Translations under genes and position numbers: made by a program
In this document: one piece after another, positions 62,601-64,000 of the stretch
How the letters are laid out: the number at the start of each line of letters is the position of its first letter
How positions within the stretch are numbered: the first letter of the stretch is position 1
The notes under the pieces: model-generated
Told to the model about the DNA's origin: nothing
Databases searched by the model: none
Seen by the model: only the letters and a program-made list of their open reading frames with translations
From: Cyanophora paradoxa CCMP329
Taxonomy: Eukaryota; Plantae; Glaucophyta
Assembly (NCBI GenBank): GCA_004431415.1
Contig: QPMI01000251.1
Span: forward strand, 1-64,000
Direction of reading: 5' to 3'
DNA length: 64,000 nucleotides

Positions 62601-64000
62601 GATCTCGTTGCGCAGGCGACGTGGAGCCGGCGGACGAGGCGATCCTCGCGAAGCCGGCGACGGCGTTCTTCGTGGCGCACGGGACGACGACGATGAAGTG
62701 GATCCAGCTCGCCAGCGGCGCCTCGACTCTCGGTCTCAAACAGGCGGTCGAGCGGGCGATGGGCCTCTCCGCGAACCGCAGGCGGCTGCGCATCGCGATG
62801 CCGGATGGCGAAGTTGTGCAGGCGTGCACCAGCTGCTCGCCGCCGTGCTTGGCGTTCAGTCACTCACGCCGTCCGCGCGCAGCCGTACACGAAGGACGCG
62901 ACGGAGATCCCGCTCGCCAAGACGCCCGCAAAGTCGGGCAGCATTCTCGTCGCGCGGGACCTCGGCGAGTACTACCTCAGCGTCGGGACCAGCTACGAGG
63001 GCCCCGTGTATGTCTATTGGTCGCTCAACGGGCAGCCGTCCGACGCGAAGGCGAAGCCGAAGCTCGCGCACGTGATGGTCGAGCTGTGGACGCAGGGCGC
63101 AGAGAGCAAGCGTGTGGGCTGTGGAAGGTGCCCGCGTCCGAGGGAAGCGTCGTGTTCAACCAGGTCGTGCTGCACTGGGGCACGATGAAGCTTCTACGCA
63201 GTGCGCGCGGCAGTGCTGCGCGCTCGCGATTTCCATGCTGCATCTTCACCAGGGGATGCCTGATCACTCTACGTGCCCGCGCAGGTACGGCGTGCGGGTG
63301 TGGACGATTCCGGAGCTGGAGGGCGAAACAGTGCCGCTGGTGTCGGACATCGTGGGCAAGAAGACGCGCGCCCTAAACTCGGGTGAGTGCCGTGCAGCGG
63401 GCTATAGAAGCGCGTGCTCCATTCGTGAACTGCACGGTTCTCACGATGCGCTCTCGCCTCGCTCGTCCCCGCAGGAGAGACGCCCGCGCTTTTCAACTCG
63501 CAGCCCAACCTGCACCTCTTCTACCGGCGGACGGGTGACAGCTCGCCGGTGACGCTGCAGCTGGCCGAGATGGCAGAGGGCGCGACGGGTGTCGACCTCA
63601 CTACCATGATCAAGCGCGTCTCCGTGTACTCGGTTCCAGAGGCTGCAAAGCAGCAGCTGTCTCTCGCAAGCGGCGACGCGATCAAGGTTCGTCGTATTCT
63701 ACTCTCGATGCCGGATCGCCGATCGGTTTACTCGACGTGCAGATGTACGCGGCGGACGGCACGCCTGTGCAGCTCACGGCGTCGGGTGTCACTCGGGTGT
63801 GGTAGTGGCCATCGGCGGGAGTTTCTACATGAGCGCGTCAGCCGGTTTCAGCTCGCGAAGCAAAGCGGTGGAGGGGCGAGACGTGACGGTCTCATGGGCC
63901 CTCTTGGGGGAGGCGAAAGGATCAGGGCCGCCCGTCTTCCACGAGATGTACGTGGAGCTGTGGGAGGAGAAGACACCGGAGACGCGAGCCGAGTGGACGC
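28241..64000 (+). CDS. Giant multi-exon protein, 3'-truncated by the window: MLKL-like 4HB / beta-helix / helical insert / beta-helix / acidic coil / filamin-like Ig / Ala-rich linker / (FN3-like-Ubl)n array
   Basis: ATG at 28241. Exons 28241-28272, 28365-28465, 29326-29438 and 29489 onward join in frame via GT-AG and GC-AG introns. The junctions checked from the filamin exon (ending ~35613) through the linker (36138-37577) into the repeat array are also in frame, and no stop remains between modules after splicing. Not every junction in 29.7-35.2 kb was verified. Confidence 0.65.
28466..29325 (+). other. 860-bp C/pyrimidine-rich intron (intron 2 of the giant gene)
   Basis: GTGCGG donor at 28466 and GCAG acceptor ending 29325 keep the frame (Q-G-M). 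It contains multiple poly-C runs. Confidence 0.7.
29957..34110 (+). other. Right-handed parallel beta-helix (PbH1) region, split by an alpha-helical insert at about 31570-33040
   Basis: The pectin-lyase-like cap reads VNTAGDLRALL...CLEAGNYEL....LRVRRPLSIEG. Repeats include LRVDSGCLFLDSCDI, AFVRQCQVIGQSRGGIDV, LVVDNLVSNNG, INRNIIRENRSNGIY, FRENRIQANAKSGVGV and IAACTIFDNKG. Confidence 0.7.
35243..35613 (+). other. Filamin/ABP280-type Ig-like domain exon
   Basis: SELRLGVLLRDADG...IGPIRVHIRLGERPLLGSPITI matches the filamin repeat pattern (V.L.D..G ... G...V.V.+G..+.GSP). Confidence 0.55.
36209..37068 (+). repeat. Coding tandem repeat, ~3.2 x 267 bp (89 aa; Ala/Ser/Gly-rich)
   Basis: AASAARDGDASGPAAAVPTDASAPTPAAASGSGSAAGEAARN... 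recurs at about 36209, 36476, 36743 and 37010 within the open frame 36177-37727. Confidence 0.9.
37373..64000 (+). repeat. Tandem array of 16 or more intron-containing coding modules (type A ~1733 bp, type B ~1675 bp), each ~415 aa FN3-like/Ubl/FN3-like/Ubl
   Basis: Module starts: A' 37373, A 38989, A 40722, A 42455, A 44187, B 45918, A 47590, B 49323, A 50998, B 52726, A 54397, B 56129, A 57804, B 59536, B 61211, B 62883. Each module has six introns at equivalent positions. Confidence 0.95.

Noticed and set aside
38230-63800. Frameshifts in several modules as pseudogenisation or programmed frameshifting
   Set aside because: Nearly all are single-base losses in G/C homopolymers, scattered among copies, which is typical of long-read consensus error. 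This cannot be fully excluded without reads.
37373-64000. Array of separate tandem genes, or non-coding satellite/transposon array
   Set aside because: Apparent stops (e.g. RSRVT*, RSSTT*) fall in GTGAG intron donors. After splicing, modules join in frame with no start, stop or intergenic space. There are no transposase or RT motifs, LTRs or TIRs.

Overview
This is GC-rich eukaryotic nuclear DNA with many short spliceosomal introns (GTGCGC/GTGAGC...CTGAC...GCAG, plus several GC-AG). The intron style and an 'MAF...' plastid transit peptide suggest a glaucophyte alga such as Cyanophora (inference). Most long six-frame ORFs are GC-shadow artefacts, so genes were spliced by hand. Left part (1-20 kb): a PsbQ-like thylakoid lumen gene lies head-to-head with a TANGO6/Rtp1 gene. 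That block, together with a Mug135_C/DUF1773-like gene, is segmentally duplicated (two full and one partial TANGO6, one psbQ-like pseudogene). It is interrupted by lower-GC DNA that includes a Crinkler-type (CR-REase-like) gene. Middle: exocyst SEC3/EXOC1 and some weak gene fragments. Right part (28,241 to beyond the window end): one apparently continuous giant spliced gene. It encodes an MLKL-like four-helix-bundle N-terminus, a split right-handed beta-helix, a filamin-like Ig domain and an Ala/Ser/Gly linker. These are followed by at least 16 tandem ~1.7-kb, six-intron modules, each encoding FN3-like/Ubl/FN3-like/Ubl. The modules are of two divergent types in the order A'AAAA-BABABABA-BBB, joined through a near-invariant exon plus GC-AG intron. 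This is the best candidate for an undescribed system: a possible algal cell-death or immune receptor with a shuffled sensor array. All domain calls come from motif recognition by eye, not database searches.
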